Virus record (IMG/VR): IMGVR_UViG_3300032291_001290
Span: 37,417-101,416 of that record
Length of the DNA: 64,000 bases
Strand: one strand, 5' to 3'
From: a virus
Under the pieces are notes generated by a model, which searched no databases, was not told the origin of the DNA, and saw only the letters and a program-made list of their open reading frames with translations. Shown piece by piece: positions 1-9,843 of the stretch; within the stretch, counting starts at the first letter, position 1, and the number at the start of each line of letters is the position of its first letter. The translations under genes and the position numbers were made by a program.

Positions 1-713
1 AAGTAAAGATGGCAGGTAAAAAATCAGGACAGTATCGTGTTAAGGGTTTGCCTGCACAAAGTAATGTCAATGATATTAGGTCATACTTAAAAGAAGTGCA
101 GATTCAAACTGGTATCAAAGTTGACTTTGTAATGATTGATTATCTTGATTTGGTTATGCCAGTTAGTGTCAAGGTAAATCCTAACGATCAGTTTATCAAA
201 GACAAATACGTAAGTGAAGAATTACGTAACTTAGCAAAAGAATTAGGTATTCTTATGGTTACTGCAAGTCAATTAAATCGTAGTGCAGTTGAAGAAATTG
301 AATTTGATCATAGTCACATTGCAGGTGGTATCAGTAAGATTAACACAGCGGATAATGTGTTCGGTATCTTTACAAGTCGTAGTATGCGTGAACGTGGTCA
401 ATATCAAATTCAATGTATGAAAAGTCGTAGTTCTACTGGAGTAGGACAAAAGATTGATTTGGAATATAACATTGAAACTATGCGAATAACAGATACTGAT
501 CCAGATGGATATGCCGAACAACAATCAAAATTCAGACCTAGTCCTAGTCCAAATGATATTATGACTAGATTAAAACCACAGTCTACATTGGCATCTTCTG
601 ATACTATTATTAATCAAGCTACAGGGGAAATATTAGAACCTGATAATAAACGCACATTAGCAGATGTTCAGGGATCAAAACTTAAAACATTATTAAATTC
701 ATTAAAAAAGTAG
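1..713 (+). CDS. Replicative DnaB/gp41-like helicase, C-terminal part (5' truncated by window)
   Basis: SF4 helicase motifs VMIDYLDL (Walker B), TASQLNRS, ADNVFGI, KSR; frame open to window edge. Confidence 0.85.
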   Translation, partial: VKMAGKKSGQYRVKGLPAQSNVNDIRSYLKEVQIQTGIKVDFVMIDYLDLVMPVSVKVNPNDQFIKDKYVSEELRNLAKELGILMVTASQLNRSAVEEIEFDHSHIAGGISKINTADNVFGIFTSRSMRERGQYQIQCMKSRSSTGVGQKIDLEYNIETMRITDTDPDGYAEQQSKFRPSPSPNDIMTRLKPQSTLASSDTIINQATGEILEPDNKRTLADVQGSKLKTLLNSLKK

Positions 714-745
714 AGATATCTTAAAATATAATTAAACCCAATTTT

Positions 746-753
746 GATAAATA
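746..753 (+). promoter_or_regulatory. T4-like late promoter GATAAATA
   Basis: Motif recurs just upstream of many structural genes (also 2641, 3135, 4085, 6984, 9828, 15076, 17588, 19513, 23189, 25876, 26367, 29975/29986, 35848, 37141, 44133, 49739, 54496, 55459, 57250, 62873); T4 consensus is TATAAATA. Confidence 0.75.
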
Positions 754-769
754 CTATTAGGATACTCAT

Positions 770-1018
770 ATGCAAAAACAAACCCGCTCCCTTTTGCAGG
801 AATTAGAAGCACTTGGAAATAATCGTGATACTTCCCACGTTATTGAAAACCGTGCCCACAATATTATTGTTAGTGCAATTCATTTAATTGAAATGATTAA
901 TCGTCATTATCCTGAGGAAAAAGCCCAACTTCTGGAAAAGAAACTTTTAAGTGCTATCAAAAGCAAAGATCAAACAAGATTTGCAAAATCTTTAAGGAAA
1001 AACCGTGAAACTGAATGA
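770..1018 (+). CDS. Hypothetical protein (82 aa, helical)
   Basis: ORF after late promoter and AGGA RBS. Confidence 0.7.
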   Translation: MQKQTRSLLQELEALGNNRDTSHVIENRAHNIIVSAIHLIEMINRHYPEEKAQLLEKKLLSAIKSKDQTRFAKSLRKNRETE

Positions 1019-2573
1019 ATTTAAACAATTGAACGAACTAGACCTATCGCAGGCATTCGGAGACTATGGAGCCGCAGCTTTACAGCAAACAGGCAATAGA
1101 CTAAATCCATTTAGTAAAACTGGGTCCGACCAATTGTCAGTACAAGATAAAATGGCTAAGAATATATTCATCAGTAACATGATAGGTAGAGCAAGTGCTG
1201 ATTTGGATAGTGCTATCAAGGGCGGATTAGTAGATCCTAAAATAAAGGGCGGACAACCCACTGCAACACCTGCACAACCAACTACACCAACTTCATCTAC
1301 ACAATCAACTACTACACAACAAGCTCCTGCAGGAGAAACCCCTGAACAAAAACGTATAAGATTACAAAAGGCTGCACAACAAAATATAGATAAAACTGCG
1401 GCCCCAGTTAGTAAACTACCAGTTAATCAACCAACTGTGCAAGCAGGTAACATAAGACAAGCTAAACAAAAAGATGCTGCCGCAAATGCTCAATCACAGA
1501 TGGCTCCGTTTACTAAACTACCAGCTAATCAACCAGCCGTACAAGCGGCAAATATCAGACAAAATAAACAGCAAGTAGCGGGGACAACTGCTCAAGCACA
1601 AATGTCTCCGGTTAGCAAGTTACCTGCCGATCAAGCCGCGATTCAGGCTGCTAATATTAGAAAACAAAAACAACAGGCTGCTCAAGCAAATTTATTTAAA
1701 GAATCAACTTATGCTAAATTAGACTATATTTTAGAAAGTGTTATTAATATTGATGAAGCAGTAGCATCCAAGCAATCAATAAGTGATTTCATTCAACGAT
1801 TTTTTAAAAAATATTTACAAATTCAAACTATACCTTCTCAAGTACAAACACAAGTAACAACTCTTGCAAATGAAATTGAAAGTACTTATCCAAGAAATAA
1901 AGATGCACTTACTAAGTTGGCTAATTTAGGATATGCTTTTTCCTACAGTAATCAAGATAATGCAACAGATACAGCAGACGCAGATACAACACAACCTGCA
2001 ACTAATTCTTTTGCGGCAGGAATACAACAAGGTTTAGGAAAAAGTGCATCTGCATCGGATACAACTACAGCCTCACCAGCTACGGCTAATACAGTACCAA
2101 CATCTACTATCAGGACCGAACCTACAACAACGCCTACAACAACTGTACAACCAACTAGTGATACTATCCCTGATCAAACAACTACTGCTACTCCCTACAA
2201 ACAAGCAATAGGATTGTTGGGTAAACTAGATAAAAAAGGCAAACAAAGAATATTATCTTATATTGAAAAACAATTAGGAAATTCTACTACAGCTAAATCA
2301 ACAGGATATGATGCTGGTGCAAATGCTTTTGCACAAATGGGCAAACAACTAACACAGACTGGCGTTACTAATCCATCAACTACAACAAAGACAAGTACAG
2401 GTGGAAAAGTTCAAAACACTGGATTAGGGGTAGTAAATACAAAGAGTAGAAACAATCCAAATATAAAACGTAGACCTAGAGTTAAGTCTGACACAGTTCC
2501 AACCAATACAGACCAAACTATAGCTAACCGTCAACAAAAATTAAAAACACGTAAACAAAAGGCACCAGCGTAA
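1005..2573 (+). CDS. Low-complexity Q/T/A/P-rich protein, probable internal head protein
   Basis: GTG start after AAGGA; N-terminus MKLNEFKQLNE resembles T4 capsid-targeting sequence; internal 34-aa repeats. Confidence 0.65.
   Translation: MKLNEFKQLNELDLSQAFGDYGAAALQQTGNRLNPFSKTGSDQLSVQDKMAKNIFISNMIGRASADLDSAIKGGLVDPKIKGGQPTATPAQPTTPTSSTQSTTTQQAPAGETPEQKRIRLQKAAQQNIDKTAAPVSKLPVNQPTVQAGNIRQAKQKDAAANAQSQMAPFTKLPANQPAVQAANIRQNKQQVAGTTAQAQMSPVSKLPADQAAIQAANIRKQKQQAAQANLFKESTYAKLDYILESVINIDEAVASKQSISDFIQRFFKKYLQIQTIPSQVQTQVTTLANEIESTYPRNKDALTKLANLGYAFSYSNQDNATDTADADTTQPATNSFAAGIQQGLGKSASASDTTTASPATANTVPTSTIRTEPTTTPTTTVQPTSDTIPDQTTTATPYKQAIGLLGKLDKKGKQRILSYIEKQLGNSTTAKSTGYDAGANAFAQMGKQLTQTGVTNPSTTTKTSTGGKVQNTGLGVVNTKSRNNPNIKRRPRVKSDTVPTNTDQTIANRQQKLKTRKQKAPA
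1404..1690 (+). repeat. Three imperfect 102-nt (34-aa) tandem repeats
   Basis: P[VF][ST]KLPxxQxx[VI]QAxNIRxxKQ units start at 1404, 1506, 1608. Confidence 0.85.
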
Positions 2574-2591
2574 AAAGTGCAACTATATTAC

Positions 2592-2630
2592 AAAAATCCA
2601 GGATTTTAATAACCAAATCCTGGATTTTTT
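2592..2630 (+). terminator. Intrinsic terminator (15-bp stem)
   Basis: AAAAATCCAGGATTT-N8-AAATCCTGGATTTTT followed by T run. Confidence 0.8.
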
Positions 2631-2692
2631 TGCATCAGGAATAAATAATAGTATGAATCAGTAGGATTCAAAACATTTAAAGGAATTTCCAA

Positions 2693-3082
2693 ATGGCACA
2701 ATTTACAAAATCAAACGGTGACTTACTACCAGTATTAAACTTAGACTACCCAGCATACACAAACAGTGGTGCAAACGCAGTTTCTACAGGTAATACAGTA
2801 CAACCACAAGGTCCAAAACTAGACTACTTCACTATTACAGCGGCATCTAGCGGTGCATTGACAGGTACACAAGTTAATTTAATCATACAAGCTACACAAC
2901 AATTAGCTACAGTTTACATCTATGAATTCACAACTGCAGGTCCTGACACATTAGCAATGGCTGTTTATCCAACAGGCGCATGGACAACTGCTACATTACA
3001 AACAGCAACACGTGCGGCATTGACAGCCGGTGGTGTAGCCAACGCAGTAGTTGCTTCAGCTACAGCTACATTCACAGGTTAA
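2693..3082 (+). CDS. Small virion structural protein (A/T-rich, own promoter and terminator)
   Basis: Late promoter 2641, AAGGA RBS, flanking terminators; composition typical of capsid/tail decoration proteins. Confidence 0.6.
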   Translation: MAQFTKSNGDLLPVLNLDYPAYTNSGANAVSTGNTVQPQGPKLDYFTITAASSGALTGTQVNLIIQATQQLATVYIYEFTTAGPDTLAMAVYPTGAWTTATLQTATRAALTAGGVANAVVASATATFTG

Positions 3083-3096
3083 TCTTTAACTTGAAT

Positions 3097-3126
3097 AAAA
3101 AACCCGGGAAATTCTCGGGTTTTTTT
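3097..3126 (+). terminator. Intrinsic terminator
   Basis: AAAAAACCCGGGA-AAT-TCTCGGGTTTTTTT. Confidence 0.85.
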
Positions 3127-3145
3127 ACCTCTATTAAATAGTACT

Positions 3146-3601
3146 ATGCATATTATTACTTGTTACACTCTTTTTGACATTACAGTAACTAATGTACCTA
3201 ATCGTCAACGCCCTGATATTGACAAGGATCCGCAAGAATGGTATTATAAGCGTAATACACAAAGTAATTTTGACACTATTCAACAAGTAATATCCTTACG
3301 TAGTCAGCCTGAGATAATTCGTAAACCTAGCAAAATAGAAATTCGTTTCGATACATTTACTGATTTTGGATTTCTTTTTGAACAACAAGAAGATGAAACA
3401 TATCCTTGTTGGTCATTTGATTTTACTGTACAACACCCTAGTGTGTTCTATGACGGAATACATGATTTAGGATCATTATATCGTGATTGCGAAAGAGTTC
3501 CTATGATTAAATGTCACACTATGTGGGACAAACTTGACAATACTTTAGATAGTAGTGACGAACTAAGAAATATATTTTTTAAAACACTGAACCATGATTA
3601 A
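3146..3601 (+). CDS. Hypothetical protein
   Basis: 151-aa ORF, TAAATA 5 nt upstream of ATG. Confidence 0.7.
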   Translation: MHIITCYTLFDITVTNVPNRQRPDIDKDPQEWYYKRNTQSNFDTIQQVISLRSQPEIIRKPSKIEIRFDTFTDFGFLFEQQEDETYPCWSFDFTVQHPSVFYDGIHDLGSLYRDCERVPMIKCHTMWDKLDNTLDSSDELRNIFFKTLNHD

Positions 3602-4070
3602 TGAAAAAATATTCCAAAAGATAGAACAGACTATTCACAAAGATGATTTGAAACATCTACAGGATTTGTCTATCTTTCAAGATGCAACTGGTAAATATCA
3701 GTTATTCAATAAATATACTATTACAAAAATAAACGGATCATATGAAGTAGGTTTTTTTACTTCATCTAGTACAATACTTTTTTGGGAATTAAAAAATGCT
3801 GTTACTTGGTGTACATTTGATCGAAGAAATAAAATAATGGATTCAAAAAGAATTCTTGAACTTGACAAAAAACTAGCTAGACTTGATACCAATATTGTTG
3901 TACATCAAAAGATGGTAAAAAATAGCAAAAACAATGAAGAAAAATTGATATACCTTGCTAAATTGGGTGAAGAACGATTGATGCTTAAAAGATTAACCGA
4001 AGAGTTAAATGACTTTATACTTGATTCAAAGTTATGGCATTCAAAAAGATTCAATACTAAATCCCATTAA
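3594..4070 (+). CDS. Hypothetical protein
   Basis: 158-aa ORF overlapping upstream stop. Confidence 0.65.
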   Translation: MINEKIFQKIEQTIHKDDLKHLQDLSIFQDATGKYQLFNKYTITKINGSYEVGFFTSSSTILFWELKNAVTWCTFDRRNKIMDSKRILELDKKLARLDTNIVVHQKMVKNSKNNEEKLIYLAKLGEERLMLKRLTEELNDFILDSKLWHSKRFNTKSH

Positions 4071-4118
4071 TAAATTACATTAAAGATAAATACATTATAT
4101 ATTTCTTTGGATAAAACT

Positions 4119-4841
4119 ATGAAACTAACTGAACTTGATAACAAAACCCGTCACAATGCATCTAGAGCATTAAAAGAGCATTATGAACTTCCGTTCGATG
4201 TGAACAAGATGTCTATCTCAACAACACGAACAATGCTTCAAAAAGTACGTGGATTAATGACTGAATCTAAACAGTCTTCTGATTTCTACAAACATCAAGC
4301 AACTCCTGCACATATGAAACTTGTGTTTATGGAGCAAGCCCTAGCAGATCATTTTAATGAATTGCGTTCACGCCCTCAACCACGTATTGTCATAGAAAAT
4401 GAACAAGTTGAAAAATCACAAGTTGTTTTGGCTGCACAAGACTTAGTTGATAGCATACAAAAAATGCTTGAAGAAGTAGGTCAGATGCAAGTTAAAGAAT
4501 TACCTGCATTAGTATCAGGTATTGAATCTGAAATTGGTGTGAATGAAAGTCAAACATATAATGACCAAGTATCACAGCAATTAGATCAATTAAGTTCCGC
4601 ATTAAAAGAAGCATTCAACGGAATGAAGTCTGCATTAGGTACTGTAACAGGTGATGCCGGTGCACAAGCATTTGACGCCGGTGCTGAGTTAGGTATGGAT
4701 GCAGGCATGGATGCAGGTTTAGAAGCTGGTGAAGAAGTAGGTATGGATGCGGGCATGGATGCAGGTTTAGAAGCTGGTGAAGAAGAAATTCCAGAACCAG
4801 AAGAAGCCCCGGTGTCTGGCGTTGGTAGAGCCAAACGCTAA
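4119..4841 (+). CDS. Acidic coiled-coil protein, prohead core/scaffold-like
   Basis: Likely start MKLTEL at 4119 after GATAAATA (4085); acidic repetitive C-terminus. Confidence 0.55.
   Translation: MKLTELDNKTRHNASRALKEHYELPFDVNKMSISTTRTMLQKVRGLMTESKQSSDFYKHQATPAHMKLVFMEQALADHFNELRSRPQPRIVIENEQVEKSQVVLAAQDLVDSIQKMLEEVGQMQVKELPALVSGIESEIGVNESQTYNDQVSQQLDQLSSALKEAFNGMKSALGTVTGDAGAQAFDAGAELGMDAGMDAGLEAGEEVGMDAGMDAGLEAGEEEIPEPEEAPVSGVGRAKR
4690..4785 (+). repeat. 48-nt tandem duplication (GMDAGMDAGLEAGEE x2)
   Basis: Two copies at 4690-4737 and 4738-4785 differing at one position. Confidence 0.9.
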
Positions 4842-4842
4842 T

Positions 4843-5172
4843 ATGTTTTTGTTTGAACTTGATAGTCCCGATCCAGATACTGTCAAACTTGTTGCGGTTG
4901 TCAATCAACTTAAAGATAGCATAAACAAGGGTCAAGAAAAAGCTGACTGGACTGAAGAAGAATTTTTATCATATCTTAGTGATTTTGGATTGAATTTATC
5001 CATTGATTCATTATATGATATGATAAAAAAACCACCACTCAATAAAGTCATAAGTAATATACAAGCAGGCAATGTTATTTTTGTAGGTCAAGAGTCAGGT
5101 GTTAAACCCAATCAAGACCAACAACAAAGCCAGCAAGTCGTAAACAACATGGCACATGATGCCATGAAGTAA
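4843..5172 (+). CDS. Hypothetical protein (start MFLFEL)
   Basis: ATG at 4843 right after upstream stop; the longer ORF-track start overlaps the previous gene. Confidence 0.65.
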   Translation: MFLFELDSPDPDTVKLVAVVNQLKDSINKGQEKADWTEEEFLSYLSDFGLNLSIDSLYDMIKKPPLNKVISNIQAGNVIFVGQESGVKPNQDQQQSQQVVNNMAHDAMK

Positions 5173-5174
5173 AA

Positions 5175-5495
5175 ATGATAAACATTACAGATATAGCATC
5201 TCGCAAAGTAAAACAAACACTCTCTAAAAGAGGTAAAGGATTAGGAATCAGAATAGCAGTCAAAACGACAGGTTGTTCTGGTTTAGCCTATGTGCTTGAA
5301 TACGTTGACAGCCCCGATGAACATGATATAAAAATTGATTGTGAGGGTTGTGCTTTGTATATTGATCCTAAAAGTTGTGCATACTTACAGGGAATGACTA
5401 TTGATTATGTCCGCAATGGACTAAATGAGGGATTTGAATTTCGTAATCCCAATGAACGTGATCGCTGTGGATGCGGAGAAAGTTTCAGGGTTTAA
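5175..5495 (+). CDS. iscA: Fe-S cluster assembly A-type carrier IscA (HesB family)
   Basis: TTGCSGLAY, GLNEGFEFRNPN and C-terminal CGCGESF motifs. Confidence 0.95.
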   Translation: MINITDIASRKVKQTLSKRGKGLGIRIAVKTTGCSGLAYVLEYVDSPDEHDIKIDCEGCALYIDPKSCAYLQGMTIDYVRNGLNEGFEFRNPNERDRCGCGESFRV

Positions 5496-5496
5496 A

Positions 5497-6261
5497 TTGA
5501 AAATTACACATGTAGTAACAATAGGTTGTAGCTGGACTTATTGTCAAGGGTTAGATAGCCCATCAACTCAAGGTTGGCCTGCATTAGTTGCCAAAAAGTT
5601 AAATGTTCCATTAGTTAATCTTGCTGTACCCGGGGCAGGAAATGATTTCATACATAGAGTATCACATGAATATATCTATAAAAATTTATCTACAAATAGT
5701 AAACCATTATTTATAATTGCATGGAGCCAGTATTGGAGAAGAGAAACATGGCAGAAAAGAAATTACAATGACAGACATTTTAATGATTATGCACCGTTTC
5801 ATATGCCCGAAGAACATGAAAAACTACAAATAGTATTTGAGAATTTTTTAGTTAACTTCAACTATGAAGATTTTTTCAGAAAAACTTTTGTTTATAAACT
5901 ATCACTCATGAATCTTTTTAAGGTAATGGACATACCTTATATGATGACAGATTATTCTGACGATACAGCAGAAAAATACGAATTTTTACCTAAGTTAGCA
6001 TACATGAGTGATATCATTGACAACAATCCTTATAGGATAGAACACTTCTATAAAATAGGAAGTGACGGTGAGCCTAAATTACCTTGCGGGCATGATGGAG
6101 AAAAAACTCAGAAAGTAATCGCAAACTACACGATTACACAAATTGATAGATTATTTCGTGGGTTACAAAAAATTGATGGTAATTTTGTATCATTAAAAGA
6201 TTTTCAGGCAACTAGTAAATATCATCAGAAATTCCCAGAATGGTGTAAATTTAAATTATAA
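5497..6261 (+). CDS. SGNH/GDSL hydrolase-like protein
   Basis: Block I-like IGCSWT..G, NLAVPGAGN, C-terminal GH; probable TTG start at 5497. Confidence 0.55.
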   Translation: MKITHVVTIGCSWTYCQGLDSPSTQGWPALVAKKLNVPLVNLAVPGAGNDFIHRVSHEYIYKNLSTNSKPLFIIAWSQYWRRETWQKRNYNDRHFNDYAPFHMPEEHEKLQIVFENFLVNFNYEDFFRKTFVYKLSLMNLFKVMDIPYMMTDYSDDTAEKYEFLPKLAYMSDIIDNNPYRIEHFYKIGSDGEPKLPCGHDGEKTQKVIANYTITQIDRLFRGLQKIDGNFVSLKDFQATSKYHQKFPEWCKFKL

Positions 6262-6278
6262 TGTAGTATAATTTGTAC

Positions 6279-6965
6279 ATGTACAATCCAACCAAATATA
6301 AATACGAATCTTTACTCAGAACGACAGTAGACGGATCAAGAAAATACGCTACTCCAGACGGTGAAAAATTACCCAGTGTTACTACGATACTAGAAGCAAC
6401 TAAACCCGAAGAGGCTAAAAAAGCACTACAAGAATGGCGAAATCGTGTAGGACATAAAAAAGCACAAGAGATAACTACTGAAGCCGCAGGTCGAGGTACA
6501 CGAATGCACAAGTGGATTGAGGACTATATCAAGACCGGTAAAATAGGTGAACCAGGATCAAATCCCTATAGTATTCAAAGCCACACAATGGCTCAGTCTA
6601 TCATTTATCAAGGCTTGAGTAAATGTAATGAATTTTGGGGAACAGAAGTTCCATTATACTTCCCTAAAGTTTACGCCGGCACTACAGATTTATGCGGTAT
6701 ACATGATGGTAGTGAAGCTATTATGGACCATAAACAATCTAACAAGTTAAAGAAACGTGAGTGGATTGAAGACTACTTTTTGCAATTAACCGCATACGCA
6801 AACGCACACAATGAAGTACACGGAACAAACATTCGTAAGGGTGTTATTTTTATGTGTACAGCAGATAATGTATATCAGGAATTCATTGTAGAGGGTGCAG
6901 AATTTGATAAATGGTCAGATAAATGGTTTAAGCGTGTAGAAGAATATTATATGAAATTCCTATAA
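6279..6965 (+). CDS. PD-(D/E)XK exonuclease (MGME1/Cas4-like phage exonuclease)
   Basis: LPSVTTIL, RGTRMH, YAGTTD, IMDHKQS, LQLTAYA motifs. Confidence 0.85.
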   Translation: MYNPTKYKYESLLRTTVDGSRKYATPDGEKLPSVTTILEATKPEEAKKALQEWRNRVGHKKAQEITTEAAGRGTRMHKWIEDYIKTGKIGEPGSNPYSIQSHTMAQSIIYQGLSKCNEFWGTEVPLYFPKVYAGTTDLCGIHDGSEAIMDHKQSNKLKKREWIEDYFLQLTAYANAHNEVHGTNIRKGVIFMCTADNVYQEFIVEGAEFDKWSDKWFKRVEEYYMKFL

Positions 6966-7017
6966 CGATTAGATCGGGTTTGTGATAAATAAGTGTATAT
7001 CGTGAAGAAATACACTT

Positions 7018-9264
7018 ATGGCTATAGTACAAATCAGTAAAATCCAACAAAGAGCAGGTAACTTAGTTGACCTACCTCAACTTGATAATGCAGAGTTCGG
7101 CTGGGCAACCGATGACAAACGACTATTCATTGGAAGAACAGGAAATACTGTAGAGAATGAAAATATTGAAGTTTTAACTTCATATTCAACTATTAGTTTT
7201 AGTCAAGTAGATGGTAGTGATGGCGGCAATCTTAATATTAATCTTGCAAATAATGGACAACTATTAACCTATATTGAAAGTACTAATACTTGGGAAAATT
7301 ATCCAAGTACGGATATAATATCTGCTAATGCAAATTTTAAATTAGATTTAGGTAATGTAGAATATTTAAATATCAATGGCGGTGCTATTGGATATGTGTT
7401 AGAAACAGACGGAACAGGAAATCTTTCTTGGACTCCAAAAGGTACGTTGTATACCCCGATCATAGCACTATCAAATGCTACTCCAATCATAATGACAGTG
7501 GCAAACACCACACCATATACAAATAGTTTAGGTGTCACTATTTCTGGTGCAAATGGTGCAAATGCAAATACTATTGTTAATGGACAAACGTTTTATGTTA
7601 AGCTAGCTAACAATTTTGCAACTACTGGTAACGTTGAGTTATATACTGATTCAGGATTAAGTACAGCGGCTGCAGGTACTAACTTAGGTGCATCAACACC
7701 AAATGTAGCAGTTGCTACAGCTAGCTTAAGTGGAACAGGCGGCGGCGGATCTGGTGCAGCCGGAGGTTCAACTACTACTGTTCAGTTTAATGATGGTGGC
7801 GTTTTAGCCGGAAACACCGGATTTACGTTTGATAAAAATACAACTCTATTAACAGTTAACGGAAATACTAATGTTGCTAATTTAAATGCCACATCAACTG
7901 TTACAGCACCAGTATTAATTTCTAACGTTAGTACAGGAACAGCACCATTAACAATTTCAAGTACAACACGTGTAAGCAACTTAAATGTTTCTTATTCTAA
8001 CGTTAGTGATTTTTCTGTTACTACGTTACAAACTACCGGAACATTCTATCCACTATTTGCAAATGCTACATCAGGAAATTTAGCACATGGTGCAAATGCA
8101 AATTTATCTTTCAATGCAGCTACTGGCGCATTATCAGCTACATTAGTTACTGGTACACTAACTACTGCATCTCAGCCTAACATTACAAGCGTTGGTACAC
8201 TAACATCATTAAATGTATCAGGTAATATCACGGGTGGTAACTTAATTGGCCCATATGCAAATGGAACATCTAATATAAATATTCCTACTGCTTCTGGTAA
8301 TATTGCAGTCAGTGTTGGTGGTACGTCAAACGTATTGGTAGTCACTACTACAGGATTAGTTGGTAATGTATTTGGTCCATTAGCAAATGGTAACAGTAAT
8401 GTACGTATTGCCGCATCAAATGGCAATGTGACTATATCAGCAGTAGGTAATGCAAACATTGTTACTGTTACCGGAACTGGCGCAAACATTTCAGGAACAT
8501 TTAGTGTTTCGGGTAATGCTAATGTAGGTAACTTAGGTACTAGTGGTAGAGTAATTGGTAGTATATTAGAAAGTAACGTAGCAACAGGAACAGCACCATT
8601 AACAATTGCAAGTACGACACGTGTAACCAATTTAAACGTTGCATATGCAAACGTAAGTGATTTTAGTGCTATGACAGCCTTGACAACGGGTACATATTAC
8701 CCAACATTTGTCAGTGGCACAGCGGCAGCTAATTATGCATTAGGTTCAAATACTGCATTTAGTGCAAACATTGCTAATGGATATTTTGTTGCAACAGGCA
8801 TAACTACAACTAATATTAGTACTGGTGCAAACTCTACCGCAGGCAATTTGACCGGCAATTGGACATTAACAGCTGGTTCTAGACTACAAGCAACATATGC
8901 TGACTTGGCAGAATATTATGAAGCTGATGCAGTGTATGATCCTGGAACTGTATTAGAATTTGGCGGCGAGAAAGAAGTTACACTAGCAACAGATGGAACA
9001 TCAAGAGTTGCAGGTGTTGTGTCTACTGACCCAGCATATGTAATGAATACGAAATGTTCCGGTATTGCAACAGCAATTGCATTGCAAGGTCGTGTACCAA
9101 CTAAAGTGCGTGGTACAATTAATAAAGGTGATATGATGGTGTCTGGTGGCAATGGATTTGCTAGACCCAGTTCAGCACCTCACATGGGAACAGTTATCGG
9201 CAAAGCATTAGAAAACTTTGACGGAATCGAAGGCGTGATTGAAATTGCAATCGGCAGACTTTAA
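7018..9264 (+). CDS. Tail fibre/spike-like protein with C-terminal intramolecular chaperone
   Basis: N-terminal LPQL..AEFGWATD..RLFIG (Mtd_N-like), G/N/T-rich beta repeats, C-terminal ADLAEYY...GRVP..GD...IGKA (peptidase G2/IMC-like). Confidence 0.7.
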   Translation: MAIVQISKIQQRAGNLVDLPQLDNAEFGWATDDKRLFIGRTGNTVENENIEVLTSYSTISFSQVDGSDGGNLNINLANNGQLLTYIESTNTWENYPSTDIISANANFKLDLGNVEYLNINGGAIGYVLETDGTGNLSWTPKGTLYTPIIALSNATPIIMTVANTTPYTNSLGVTISGANGANANTIVNGQTFYVKLANNFATTGNVELYTDSGLSTAAAGTNLGASTPNVAVATASLSGTGGGGSGAAGGSTTTVQFNDGGVLAGNTGFTFDKNTTLLTVNGNTNVANLNATSTVTAPVLISNVSTGTAPLTISSTTRVSNLNVSYSNVSDFSVTTLQTTGTFYPLFANATSGNLAHGANANLSFNAATGALSATLVTGTLTTASQPNITSVGTLTSLNVSGNITGGNLIGPYANGTSNINIPTASGNIAVSVGGTSNVLVVTTTGLVGNVFGPLANGNSNVRIAASNGNVTISAVGNANIVTVTGTGANISGTFSVSGNANVGNLGTSGRVIGSILESNVATGTAPLTIASTTRVTNLNVAYANVSDFSAMTALTTGTYYPTFVSGTAAANYALGSNTAFSANIANGYFVATGITTTNISTGANSTAGNLTGNWTLTAGSRLQATYADLAEYYEADAVYDPGTVLEFGGEKEVTLATDGTSRVAGVVSTDPAYVMNTKCSGIATAIALQGRVPTKVRGTINKGDMMVSGGNGFARPSSAPHMGTVIGKALENFDGIEGVIEIAIGRL

Positions 9265-9282
9265 AATAATAGGAAAAATAAA

Positions 9283-9813
9283 ATGGCATCATACGTATAT
9301 ACAGGTAATGCAGTATCACAGCAATCAGCTAATATTGCTACAGACAAGATTAGAATATCAACTACTGGTGTAGCTATTCACGCTGTAACAGGTTATCCCA
9401 GAGTAGTTGGTACTGGAACAGCAACGGCGGCAACTAACAGTGCAACAGTCACTGGTGTAGGTACTGCATTTGACACTCAACTTGAAGTTGGCGGTTGGAT
9501 AGGTAATACAACCGGAACAACTGTGGGAATTGTATCAAGTATTGCAAACGCTACTAGTTTAACGCTTACTGCTAATGCAGGTGTAGCATTATCAAATGTT
9601 GCATACACTTTCAATAATGCAGGTGTTCCTTATGCAATTGCTACGCAACAGTCAGCAATTTTTTCTGCTAATGATAGTTATAATAGCGTTTATTGCGGTC
9701 AAGGAAATGTAGTAGCGTTTCTTACAACAGGTGCTGGTGCTGGTAGTGAATTTAGTATCACTGAACTTGGTATGCCGCATGCTAACATGGAAAACGGATA
9801 CCTAATAGGTTAA
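9283..9813 (+). CDS. Virion structural protein
   Basis: A/G/T-rich, AGGA RBS, tail-fibre-like GTATA..NS.TVTGVGT.F motif. Confidence 0.6.
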   Translation: MASYVYTGNAVSQQSANIATDKIRISTTGVAIHAVTGYPRVVGTGTATAATNSATVTGVGTAFDTQLEVGGWIGNTTGTTVGIVSSIANATSLTLTANAGVALSNVAYTFNNAGVPYAIATQQSAIFSANDSYNSVYCGQGNVVAFLTTGAGAGSEFSITELGMPHANMENGYLIG

Positions 9814-9843
9814 TTTTTACTCCTTAAGATAAATATATAATAC

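Noticed and set aside
6279-6965. Cas4 / CRISPR adaptation gene
   Set aside because: Lacks the four-Cys Fe-S motif; fits the common phage PD-(D/E)XK exonuclease
7018-9264. Diversity-generating retroelement target
   Set aside because: Only an Mtd_N-like N-terminus; no reverse transcriptase or adenine-variant TR/VR pair seen in the window
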